NCBI GenBank assembly: GCA_951406725.2
Contig: OX597829.1
Coordinates: 39,246,001-39,310,000 of the forward strand
DNA: 64,000 nucleotides
Direction: 5' to 3'
DNA from: Octopus vulgaris
Taxonomy: Eukaryota
Below the pieces are notes generated by a model. The model searched no databases. It was not told where the DNA came from and saw nothing but the letters and a program-made list of their open reading frames with translations. Made by a program: the position numbers and the translations under genes. Numbering within the stretch: position 1 is the stretch's first letter; each line of letters opens with the position of its first letter. Positions 53,075 to 64,000 of the stretch are shown here, in pieces.

Positions 53075-55232
53075 TAATTTCTATAAAAAATTAAGAGATG
53101 ACCTTAACATGTGATTTCAACCAGAATATAAGTAGCTTAACTGACTCAAGCTCACCAGTTAAACAACTGAGCTTGGCACTTAATTACTGCTTATGTTCAC
53201 TATTTCAGTATACCACAGAGTGTGTATAAGCTATATATATATATATTCTGGTTGAAGGATAAAAAACTAGCAACATCACAAGTTGTGACCTAACTATTAA
53301 TAAATATCCTGGTATGGACATCATCACAATGAGAATAATCTATGGCCAAGAATTTAATAAATGGTTTGGTTCCAAATTCAGAATATATTCACTGAACATA
53401 AGCATTTGAGGAAGGCCAAAGGTTACAACAGGCAAAATATGGTGATTATAATCACCAAGATGGAAAAATTGGTTTGAATATATCAGTGTGTGTACTATTA
53501 CTTTTTCTGAAATCTTTCTAATCTGATCATTATCATCATCGTTTAACGTCTGCTTTCCATGCTAGCATGGGTTGGACGATTTTGACTGATGGCTGCACCA
53601 GGCTCCAATCTTGATCTGGCAGAGTTTCTACAGTCGGATGCCCTTCCTAACGCCAACCACTCCGAATGTAGATAATTAGTTAAATAGTTAATTAATACTG
53701 AGCAAACAGTAGAATCTGGGGAAAGTAGCAATGGTCTGCTTTGGAAATTTATGAATATATATAGCTCAGAAATGAAGTAAAATGTTTTGCCAAAGAGGTG
53801 AAAGTGTCTGAAATTTAGAGTTGAACTATTTGTTGGAGAGAAATGTTTTCTGACAGCTCTGAATAAATAAACTGGGAGCTAAAAAAACAAACAAACCAAC
53901 AAACATACAAATAGATAGAGATCTGGAACCTGCAAGCTTCACCGAGTGAAGAAGTAGAGTTTTGGGTTGTCATAGAAGAATTTGGAGTGATTTAAAGAAA
54001 CAGCAGCTGACAATGAAAGAGACAGTGTTGTTAGGGTGACACCCAGCACACTCTGTAAAGTGGTTGGTGTTGGGCATCCAGTCACAGAAACTGTGCCTAA
54101 ACAGATTATGGAATCTAGTACAGCCCCTGGCCTTGCCACATCCTGTCAAGCCGTCCAACTCATGCCAGCATGGAAAAACAGACGTAAATGTTGTTGTTGA
54201 TGATGACGATAGGGACAGTTACAGAGATACAATATGAATATAGACATCATCATCATCATCATCATCGTTTAACGTCCGCTTTCCATGCTAGCATGGGTTG
54301 GACGGTTCAACTGGGGTCTGGCAAGCTCGAAGGCTGCACCAGGCCAGTCAGATCTGGCAGTGTTTCTACCAGATCTGACTGGCCTGGTGCAGATCTGGTA
54401 CAAACACTGACAATTATTAGGAAAAGAATTAATTGTAACATAAAAGGCAAAAAGTTCTTCCAGACTGAATTGTATTGAATATCAATTCTGTTTTTGTCTC
54501 AATATTACATCCTTTATTTCCAGTTGTATTTATTAAGTGAAGCTATTTTCCATTGTTAACTTACTGAAAGCGACTCAGATTGATAACAAATAGAGTTATG
54601 TACCTTACCCAGAGATACAAAACCATGAATCAACTATAGGTTGAGTTCATGAGTTTGGATAACTTGGTATTCTGAAGACAGAAGAACCTGATGTTTTGTT
54701 TGAATTAGGTTTTACTTTAAATTAAAAATTAATTATAGGCGCAGGAGTGGCTGTGTGGTAAGTAGCTTGCTAACCAACCACATGGTCCCGGGTTCAGTCC
54801 CACTGCGTGACATCTTGGGCAAGTGTCTTCTACTATAGCCTCAGGCCGACTAAAGCCTTGTGAATGGATTTGGCAGACGGAAACTGAAAGAAGTCTCTGT
54901 GTGTCTCTGTGTCTCTGTGAGTGTGTGTGTATATTTGTCTCCCTAACATTGCTTGACAACCGATGCTAGTGTGTTTACATCCTCGTGACTTAGTGGTTTG
55001 GGAAAAAGAGACCAATAGAATAAGTACCAGGCTTACAAAGAATAAGTCCTGGGGTTGATTTGCTCGACTAAAGGTGGTGCTCCAGCATGGCCGCAGTCAA
55101 ATGACTGAAACAAGTAAAAGAGTATGAACTACACTCTTACAGTCACTTTCAAATCGGTTTAAATATGAAAGACAGATACACTCTTGTCAAAGATAATATT
55201 TTAGAAAAATAACATACTATATTTTAGCTTAC

Positions 55233-55534
55233 CTGCAAACAACCTTTGCATTTTTCAAACACAACATTGATATTATTAAGAACATATTCTTGCAGCTCTT
55301 CTTCACTTTTCAGAGACAGTTTTCCCAATAGACCATCAATAGCTTCAGGGAAGTCTATCAATTCAGGTGGTATGTTTGAATTATTTTCCGAAGATGAAAG
55401 GTCCAGACCAGAATGTTGAGTCAACTCGGGAACAAGAAGAGGAACAGGACATGGTGTATTGGTGTTCGATGCTGGGGGTAGTAACTGGACGTTACCCAAT
55501 GGTGGTGGACCACAGCCAGGGTCTAATAGTGCTC
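55233..55534 (-). CDS. SRA1: SRA1-like exon 3: Pro-rich linker (GPPPLG...) to ...FEKCKGCLQ
   Basis: Acceptor ttttattgtttcaaag|GA, donor CAG|gtaagc; 302 bp, phase 1 to 0; open frame; Pro-rich segment as in SRAP. Confidence 0.88.
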
Positions 55535-55596
55535 CTTTGAAACAATAAAATATTAAATTAAGAAATTTTGAAGGAAATGGATTTTTATACAAACAA

Positions 55597-55630
<34 letters not shown>

Positions 55631-56503
55631 TACATATATGTAGTGTGAACAACATTCAGAAAAAAGAGAAGAATATTAACTTAGGCAGCAAGAGTTGCCA
55701 GAGCACTGGACAGATTGATTTATGGTAACCATTCTGGCTTTCTACACTCTTGCTTTGGTCTACTCTGTCTTTCATCCTTTCGGGTTTGATAAATATAGAA
55801 ACAGTCAGCATTAGAGTTGTTACTTCTCTTTCTTCTATGGGTATCTTGCAAACCAGATACCCATAATACCAAAGATCTTGGTCACTTGTCATTTACTAGT
55901 GTCATATGAAAAGTACCTGTGCCAGAGCGATGTAAAACGCACCTATTCCAGTACCATGTTAAAAGCTTCTGTGCCAGGACCATGTAAACACAGCTGTGGT
56001 GGTGTCACATAAAAGAACACCTGTGTCAGCACCATGTGAAAAGTACCTCTGTCAGCAACCATGTAAAAAGCACCCAGTACACTTTGTAAAGTGGTTTGGA
56101 TTAGGAAGGATATCCACCCACAGAAACCATGTCAGCACAGACAAATTGGAGCCCGGCGCAGTTCTCCATTTCGCAAGTTCCTGTCAAACCATCCATATCA
56201 TATCCAAGCCTGGAAAGTGGCGATTTTTTATTACTCACAAGGGGCGAACAAAGAGGGGACAACACAACCTGATTTGGGGTCAGATTTACGAATGAAAATA
56301 TCCAAGCATGGAAAGTGGATGTACGGTAATGATGTTAATGGTGATAACTCAAGACTTTCGCCTTCACAACAAAAGAAATGATGAACCAGATCTGAAATGT
56401 GTCAAAGAAGCTTTGTAGTGACTGTTCTACAGAACCACCAGAAGTCAAAATTTTGACTTGACCATTCTATCCGCAAAGGAAGTATGAGATTTGTTATACT
56501 TAC

Positions 56504-56668
56504 CAGTTTGTTCTTCATTTTGTGATAAATTTGCAACGTCAGCCGCATCATTAGACATAGGATAAGCTACTCTTTTATTCAGCAGTGTTCTTCTTGGATT
56601 TGTCTGTTTAGTGTTGACACTAGAATAGTCAAACATTGGGGGATCATTCCATCCCCTCTCTGTATTTC
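56504..56668 (-). CDS. SRA1: SRA1/SRAP-like gene, coding exon 2 (first exon found): (G)[16 protein letters not shown]...[12 protein letters not shown]...EQT(G)
   Basis: Contains the [11 protein letters not shown] motif and the RxLLxKRVA motif typical of the SRAP N-terminus. Acceptor attattttccag|GA, donor G|gtaagt; 165 bp, phase 1 to phase 1. Confidence 0.93.
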
Positions 56669-56968
56669 CTGGAAAATAATTGAAGAAATATGAAATGAGT
56701 TTACAAATTTCTTGAGACACCTTCAGCTGGCTCTCATTAAATTAGTCTAACTAGCTGTAAGTAGGTACCATGGTTAGGTAAAGTACACTTGCTGCACTTT
56801 ATGGTAAATGTTATGTCATTTATGTTTCAATAACAAAAGTTAATAGAGTAGAAAGTGAATTAATACATAATCCAAAGCCGGACAAGAATGTAATTGATAA
56901 AAGAATTTAAATTACGGAGATGTACTTGCATAGTAAGTGACCTGATCTGAGATTGTGTGCTGGAACAA

Positions 56969-57240
56969 AAACAATTGCAGCGTGGAAGGTGTTTATAAGC
57001 CATTTAAGAAACACACAAAAACCGTTAGATTCACTTCAACATTTAAATTTAATTTGCCAAAATATTTTTGTCGCTTTGAGACCACAACCTGTTAGCACGA
57101 AGTTTTGTCAGTGAACAGATCGTGGTCTCAAAGCGACAAAAATATTTTGACACTAATTAAATTTAAATGTTGAAGTGAATCTAACGGTTTTTGTGTGTTT
57201 CTTAAATGGTTTATAAACACCTTCCATGCTGCATTTGTTT
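56969..57240. repeat. Near-perfect palindrome (about 125-bp arms, about 20-nt loop)
   Basis: 56969-57093 is the reverse complement of 57114-57240. Confidence 0.9.
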
Positions 57241-57632
57241 AATTGAAATTAAACAAATACACAAACATCATTTTGTTGTTTACACTGATGGGATGGTGCT
57301 TGTGTTGAAGCAATTGCTTCCACGGCTAGGGGGAACATAGAGAATTGTGTCTATTCCAGTACCTTAAATTCACAGCTATGAGGCTAGTATACTAGCATCT
57401 TAACCTCACAACTCTAAGTGTAACTGATGATATCACATGAAATTATAATGAATGTAATTTGTCATATTGCACAACAATCCAACCCATACTACAATGTTCA
57501 AAAGATACTGAATGACAAGGTTGACTCAGGAAGGATTAGAACTCATAACGTAGATAATATTTGACACACCAAAAACACTTTTTAAAAAATTTTTTAGGTC
57601 TGATCAAACAGCTCTATGATCAAAACAATATA

Positions 57633-58198
57633 CAGGGTGTCCATAAAGTCTCTTTACAATTTAAAAAAATTATTATAAAGGCAGTTGATGAGATATTTTA
57701 ACCAGATTTGTTTTATTTTAATAATTGTTTATTAAAGTTTTTATTGATATTAAATTTTTGTGTTTCAGATATTCTGTTGATGGAAGGGAACTGATTCACT
57801 GAATCAGTTCCTCAATCAAACATTTCCAGACCGATGGATTGGAAAGGATGGGCCAATTCCATGGCCACCGTGTTCGCCAGATATCACTCCATTGGATTTC
57901 GTTTTATGGGGTTATGTAAAAGATATTGTGTATTAAGAAAGATACGGGAAATTGCTGACTTGAAGCAAAGGATTCGTAATGCCATTGTCACCATTGATGA
58001 GGCTATCCTACAGCAAACATGGCAAGAAATCGAGTACCGTCTTGATGTGCTTCGTGCAACTAATGGTGCCCATATTCAAATCTATTAAGTAACAGTTAAA
58101 AAACAATTATTACAATAAAATAAATCTGGTTAAGATATCTTGTCAACTGCCTTTGTAATAAAATTTTAAAATTGTAAAGAGACTTTATGGACACCCTG
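57633..58198 (+). mobile_element. Internally deleted Tc1/mariner-superfamily element with about 85-bp TIRs
   Basis: TA|CAGGGTGTCC...GGACACCCTG|TA; internal FPDRWIG...WPPCSPDITPLDF.LWGYVKD...NGAHI. Confidence 0.9.
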
Positions 58199-59884
58199 TA
58201 TAACCACACCAACATTGTTTTATGTCTGCTCTCCATGCTTGCAGAGGCTGGACAGTTTGACAGGCTCTGATAAGTTGGAGGGACCGTGGTGTGCTCCAGT
58301 GTCTCAGTCTAGGCATAATTGCAACAGCTGGATGCTCTTCCTAATGCCAACCATTTTACATTGTTTGGTTGACTATTTGCATGTCTAATTAGTTACACAA
58401 CACTAAACACAGAGAACCATGGTTATTTAATAAGCTATGAAAAGCAATGAGATCTTCACAAAATTACATCCTACAGTAGGACACAACAGATAATGCAGTC
58501 TTAGATATATTACGTCTGTAAATAAGGTAAGGGCATAGTTGGAACGTCTTTGATCATAGCCCTTACCTAAGCTGCTTGAGCTGCTAGAAATAACACTCAA
58601 TCTTTTTCAAATCTAGTGAAAAGAATCTATACTAATTGAAATAACAGCGTTATATCTGCAACATGCTTATATAAAATAATAGCAATTTTTATGGTAAAGA
58701 CAAGCTACTTTATTTATAACCAAGTCCATAATTCAGTATATTATTTTAGTTGCTTAACTTATTGTAATATTCTAGCCAAACAGAACAATCAGAGAACACT
58801 TAACAATAGTTTGAATTGGTAAATGATGTTTACAAAATAAAACAATTTAATTTTGTCAAGAGTTGATAATTCAATTAATATCCAATATTTTCTTTTCAAC
58901 ACAAGAGCAAGCATGAAAACAAATTGAAGGAAATTGAAACGCTGGTCTAGATTCATATCTCATTTGACACTTTTGCTTTTTAGCTAAACAAATATGTTTT
59001 TTACACTTTCACTGTAGCTACTTTGACGTTTGATTGTGATAACAGAAAAAAAAGAAGAAAAATTAAAAAGACATTTCACTAATTGATATTTCCAATCTTT
59101 TTTATAAATAGGTTTGTGAAAAAAAAAAAAAATGTAAATGACTTGGTCTAAATCATTTCTTAGTTTAACATTTTTAAAGAAATTCTTTCTTCTCTGCATG
59201 TTGTTGTTGTTGGTTTGTTTGTTTGTTTGTTTGTTAAGCGAACCAGTCTTCGTGAGAGAAGTCTGAAACGTGGTCCTTTGCTATTTGTAAGACCCGCAGA
59301 AGAGAAAGCAGGTCAACCCCCGAAACCGAGAGCATCGCCGGATGGATGAATGCACATCCAGGCTCAGTGTTGCATAGGAAGCTGGGGACAAGAAACAGGA
59401 AGAAAGAGTGAGAGAAAGTTGGAGCGAAAGAGTACAACAGGGGTCGCCACCCCCCAACCCCCCCTGCCAGAGCCTCGTGGAGCTTTAGGTGTTTTCGCTC
59501 AATAAACACACACAACGCCCGGTCTGGGAATCGAAACCACGATCCTCCGACCGCGAGTCAGCTGCCCTAACCACTGGGCCATTGTGCCTCCACTGTTGTT
59601 GTTGGTTAGCTCCAGGTTGGGTCTTTCAACAATAACTTTTTTCTTTTTATTTTCTATTTCACAAATGTTGCTCTGCATCATTTATTGTGTCCTTTATCTT
59701 TTTCTTTCTTGATAGGTGGTGTGGTACGGCATTAAGGAAATTCTACTATTTCTTGCAGGTTGAGCTATTTATAAGTGAGCACAAAAAATGAAAGGAGTGA
59801 GTAAAAAAAAAAATGGGAGTTCTAAACTGAGAAGCATGAATGTGAATCTGTAGTGACATTTTATTCAAATCAGATCCCTAAGTG

Positions 59885-60045
59885 ATTGAGATGGTGAAGA
59901 TGCCGACGACCGCTTTGTTCAAAGCCTCCCTTGACCTCAAGTGGCCTGAACTCTTTACATGAACACCACCCTGTACTTAACTCCATGTCCCCCTACATGG
60001 CCTTGCTATTTGCTTTTGAGCCAAATTAACTAACTAACTAACTAA
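59885..60045 (+). mobile_element. CR1 3' end, same family as 3034-3442
   Basis: Shared 3' UTR (ctccatgtccccctacatggccttgct) and (taac)n tail. Confidence 0.8.
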
Positions 60046-60415
60046 CAAAATGGTACAAATTGAGAAAACCAATGATGGCCTGCCGTGGCATATACTAAAT
60101 ACAAAAAGTTTACGAAGCTGAAGGTGATAAAATTAGACTCGGAATATATTAAATCAATTTCTAACATTTTCCACGCCACCAAGAAAGATAATAATAATAA
60201 TAATAATAATGATGATGATTTATTTGCCACCAGAGGAAAGGATGGGGGGGGGGAATACAAAGACAGACATAGAGTGTGGGGGATTTACATTCATAATAAT
60301 AATAATAATAATAATCATAATAATAATCATAATAATAACAATACTATAAATGATAATCCTTTCTATCATAGGTACATCGACCTTAATGCGTAACTGGTAC
60401 TTAATTTATCGATTT

Positions 60416-60446
<31 letters not shown>

Positions 60447-61263
60447 ACTTATTGTGTAGTGCTGAGGTGCACTACAACACTTCAGAAAAAGTAAGCAAAA
60501 CTGCATGAACAGTAGATAGGATATGTACAGAAAGTGAACGAGTCTACAAAAAGAATAAAAAAAAGTTTTTGGATAAATTAAATGAAATTAATTGTAATTC
60601 TTTCTAATTTTGGCACAAGGTCAGTAATTTCGAGAGGAAGAGGTTAAGTCGATCGCATCGACCCAAATACTTAACTGGTACTTTATTTTATCGATCTAGG
60701 AGGGATCAAGGAAAAAACTAACAATGGTAGGACTTGAACGTTAATAGCCGGAAAAAATGCTGTAAAGCGTTATATCCGGCATGGAAACGATTCCACCAGC
60801 TCGTTACCTTGAAATCAGTTGTAATTAACAAAGTAATATTGCTCACCCAATTCATAAAATACAAACTGAAACAACTCAAGGGGAAGCTACTCTACGAATT
60901 ATCTCCCCATAATCTCACATTTTGATAAATTTTGCCCCGTTACATAAAACTGATACGCAAAGAATAAAAATCCGAAATAATACTTTCCTCGGTTTGCTTT
61001 AAAAGGAATTTTCTCTGGAACCTCGATATTTGTATCTTGTACATGTTGACATACATTCTGAGGTATTATCTTAAATTCTTTACTTCTCAGTTCATCTATT
61101 CTCTTCATTACATCATAATCATTTAACTGCCATTTTTCCATGCCTGCATAGATCAGACGGAATTTATTGAGGCAGAATTTCTACGGCCGAGTACCCTTCC
61201 TGTCACTAACCTTCAACAACAAGTACACACACACATATAAATAAAATGAAAGAAACCTGTCTA

Positions 61264-61326
<63 letters not shown>

Positions 61327-61355
61327 GTAATATGTGACAATTATTCAGTACCCAT

Positions 61356-61416
61356 GATAAAACTCCGAGTTTCGAATGTCGGGGTGGAAATCCACGCCGC
61401 CATCTCTTCAGTTATC
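61356..61416 (-). ncRNA. Type-I hammerhead ribozyme motif with long stem II
   Basis: gataa-CTGAAGA-[about 12-bp interrupted stem II]-GAA-ACTCGGAGT-T-ttatc; intact core, GUU triplet, 5-bp stem I. Confidence 0.8.
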
Positions 61417-61709
61417 CAGCCATCGGGGAAAATGCTATGAAAATGACCGTTAAACAAAGGGAAATTACTGTGTGATTGACCGTTATTAAGACAAAAGAGC
61501 TATTTGAATGACCGCTAAGTGAGGGGAGGGAGTAAAAATAAGGGGGTAAAAATGTTCATAGTATTTGCGTAAGCGCGCATGTGCATTACTACACATGCGC
61601 GCCCGCACAACCACGTACATGCGCGCCCGCACACCCACGTACATGCGCCTATAAGTATACACTCATCCACCCTCACTTGAAACATACACAATCTCACCCA
61701 CACCATTCG

Positions 61710-61751
<42 letters not shown>

Positions 61752-62334
61752 CTCACACACACACGCACCAAAAGGTTCATACACACGTCTATATATGCAC
61801 GTACCCGTATGCATGCATGCATACACACACGTCTATATACACGCATACCCACATAACGTCTATATATGCACGCACATATACACGGGCACAAAAACGTTCA
61901 TACACATGTCTATATACACACATGCACAAGAAAAAACAGAGCTAAAGGCAAAATACAAGAAAAAGTGTAAAAAATGTATAAAAATAGTGAGTAAAACACG
62001 TCTATGTATGCATATACTTGCATGCACACACACACAGACACACACACATCTATAAATGCACATACCTGCACACACGCACAAAAAATCGATATACACATCT
62101 ATATACGGACAGGGAAAATGCAGGGTGGAAGGCAGAATACCGAAAAAATATGTGTAAAAAATATATATGAGCAATAAACCTATAAAACAATATCTCTATA
62201 AATATGTAAAAAATATATGTATAAAAAATATAAATATATATAAAAATATATAAGAAATATAAGTAAAAAGTATAAAGAGATAAGAAAAATTGTACATGGA
62301 CACAATATAGAAAGCAAGCCCTATCTGTAATCTC

Positions 62335-62760
62335 AGGGGGACCAAAAACATAAGAAATATTTAGCCACATATGGGCATGATCTGAAAAGTTCAGTTCTTG
62401 AATTCAGACATGTAGCGGGGTCTAAGCTGCTTTTCCAGATGAGCCATCTTTCCATATCACAAAGACAGCACTTTCTGTTGGTGTATGGCTTACACTTGGC
62501 TAAGATCTTCCAATGGATGTTGTAACTGATACCTTTATTTTTTAAGGACCATTAAAAATGTCCCTAACGGAGGGGAGGCTAGAAATTATTTTGCTAATGT
62601 TTTTAACTAAATTTTTAAACACTATGGGGAGATGGCATGAACCTACATTAATATAACTAAGTCTATCATTGGGCTTCCTATAAGGCTTATAAATATTGTT
62701 ATTTAGATCTAAGGATACATCTAGGAAAGTGACAACCGTCAGGTTGGTATCTGTAGGTAT
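62335..62760 (-). mobile_element. Naiad-type Penelope-like element fragment (RT C-terminal part joined by deletion to the end of the GIY-YIG region)
   Basis: VTFLDVSLDLNNNIYKPYRKPND, YINVGSCHLP and WSLKNKGISYNIHWKIL...CCLCDMER...LNSRTELFRSCP. The hammerhead at 61356 lies about 0.9 kb downstream on the same strand. Confidence 0.8.
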
Positions 62761-63290
62761 GCTATATACATATATATATTACAAGTAAGAAAATGGAGAA
62801 ACACATTAGTTGGTTTATCAGCTTTAGGATATTAGAATGTTGTCTTATATAATTAACAAAACTACAACCAAAATCATTGTGAGAAATTTTTATAAGGACA
62901 TCAAAAAAGGTTTAATAAAATAAATAAAAAAGAGGATACAATAAGGGAGAATACAAATGGGGTAATAGAGGAAAAAAATCGGATATTTACAAGCAAGTTG
63001 TAAGAGGGGGAAAATAACAGTATAATAATAATAGTAAGAGAGATAAAAGAGAAAAGCAGACAGATATATCAATGTGTATGCACGTCTAAATGTGCAGTAA
63101 ACTATAACATAAAAAAAGAATAAACTACTAACAGATATGTTTAAAAAAATGGTAACAGGTCGAGACAAAATATAATAAACAGAGCCACGTGTGTATTGTA
63201 GAATATAACATAACAGGTGGACTAGTAGAAAAAAAACCATAGTGAGTTATACATATACATATTAGTATTGAAAAACAGAAAAATATATAT

Positions 63291-63329
<39 letters not shown>

Positions 63330-63379
63330 ATATTTTACATGAGGTTAAAAAGTGATAGGCAAGACAGTTTGAAAAAAGT

Positions 63380-64000
63380 TACTGGTACCACAAACTACAA
63401 ATTCCATTGATGTTGATCAATTTCGATTTTGATTTGATTTTTTGATTTTCACTTGCCTCAACAGGTCTTCACAAGTAGAGTTATGTGTCCCAAGAAGGAA
63501 GGTATGCACAGGTGAACTGACTACGTCCCAGGTAGGGGCCATGGGTTATGGCCTCACTTGTCCTGCCGGGTCTTCTCACGCACAGCATACTTCCAAAGGT
63601 CTCGGTCTCTGGTCATTTCCTCGGTGAGACCTAAAGAGCGAAGGTCGTGCTTCACCACCTCGTCCCAGGTTTTCCTGGGTCTACCTCTTCCACAGGTTCC
63701 CTCAACCGCTGGGGTATGGCACTTTTTCACACAACCATCTTCATCCATTCTTACCACGTGTCCATACCAGCGTAGACGTCTCTCTTGCACACCACAACTG
63801 ATGCTTCTTAGGTCCAACTTTTCTCTCAAAGCACTTACACACTGTCGGGTATGAACACTGACATTACACATCCATCGGAGCATACTGGCTTCATTTCTTG
63901 CAAGCTTGCACATATCCATGTTTCACTGCCGTGTAGCATGGCTGTTCGTACACATGCGTCATACAGTCTGCCTTTTACTCTGAGCGAGAGGCCTTTTGTC
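63380..64000 (-). mobile_element. RTE LINE copy, continues beyond the window
   Basis: Highly similar to 43208-43845; LRWYGHV and GRGRPRKTW motifs. Confidence 0.92.

Noticed and set aside
57424-57450. Other CTGATGA hits (57424, 29039, 30172, 25989) as hammerheads
   Set aside because: No proper stem II plus GAAA plus stem I pairing.
30560-62760. Selenoprotein-type Naiad PLE (UGA at Cys positions)
   Set aside because: The Cys codons I could read in the zinc-finger-like motifs of both remnants are TGT/TGC; no aligned in-frame UGA or SECIS was seen.

Overview
AT-rich animal genomic DNA, very likely an octopus (inferred from the tRNA-derived SINE families, RTE/CR1/Penelope fossils and very abundant (TA)n/(CA)n microsatellites). 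About 190 ORFs are listed in the track, and almost all are microsatellite or repeat artefacts. One host gene is well supported: an SRA1/SRAP (steroid receptor RNA activator 1) homolog on the minus strand. Five coding exons were reconstructed by hand (56504-56668, 55233-55534, 47016-47124, 39422-39492, 34146-34400), all with GT-AG introns and consistent phases; the short first exon was not found. The rest is transposon debris: SINEs, RTE, CR1 and L1/Tx1 LINE fragments, Naiad-type Penelope-like elements (PLEs), Tc1/mariner fossils, piggyBac-type and other MITEs, and two non-autonomous Helitrons. The most unusual signal is about ten minimal type-I hammerhead-ribozyme motifs from at least six unrelated short repeat families, several in head-to-head palindromes inside (TA)n tracts. 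One is a U3-A8 core variant within a 356-bp retrozyme-like partial tandem unit, lying in the sense orientation in an SRA1 intron. All structures were read by eye; no database search or folding program was run.
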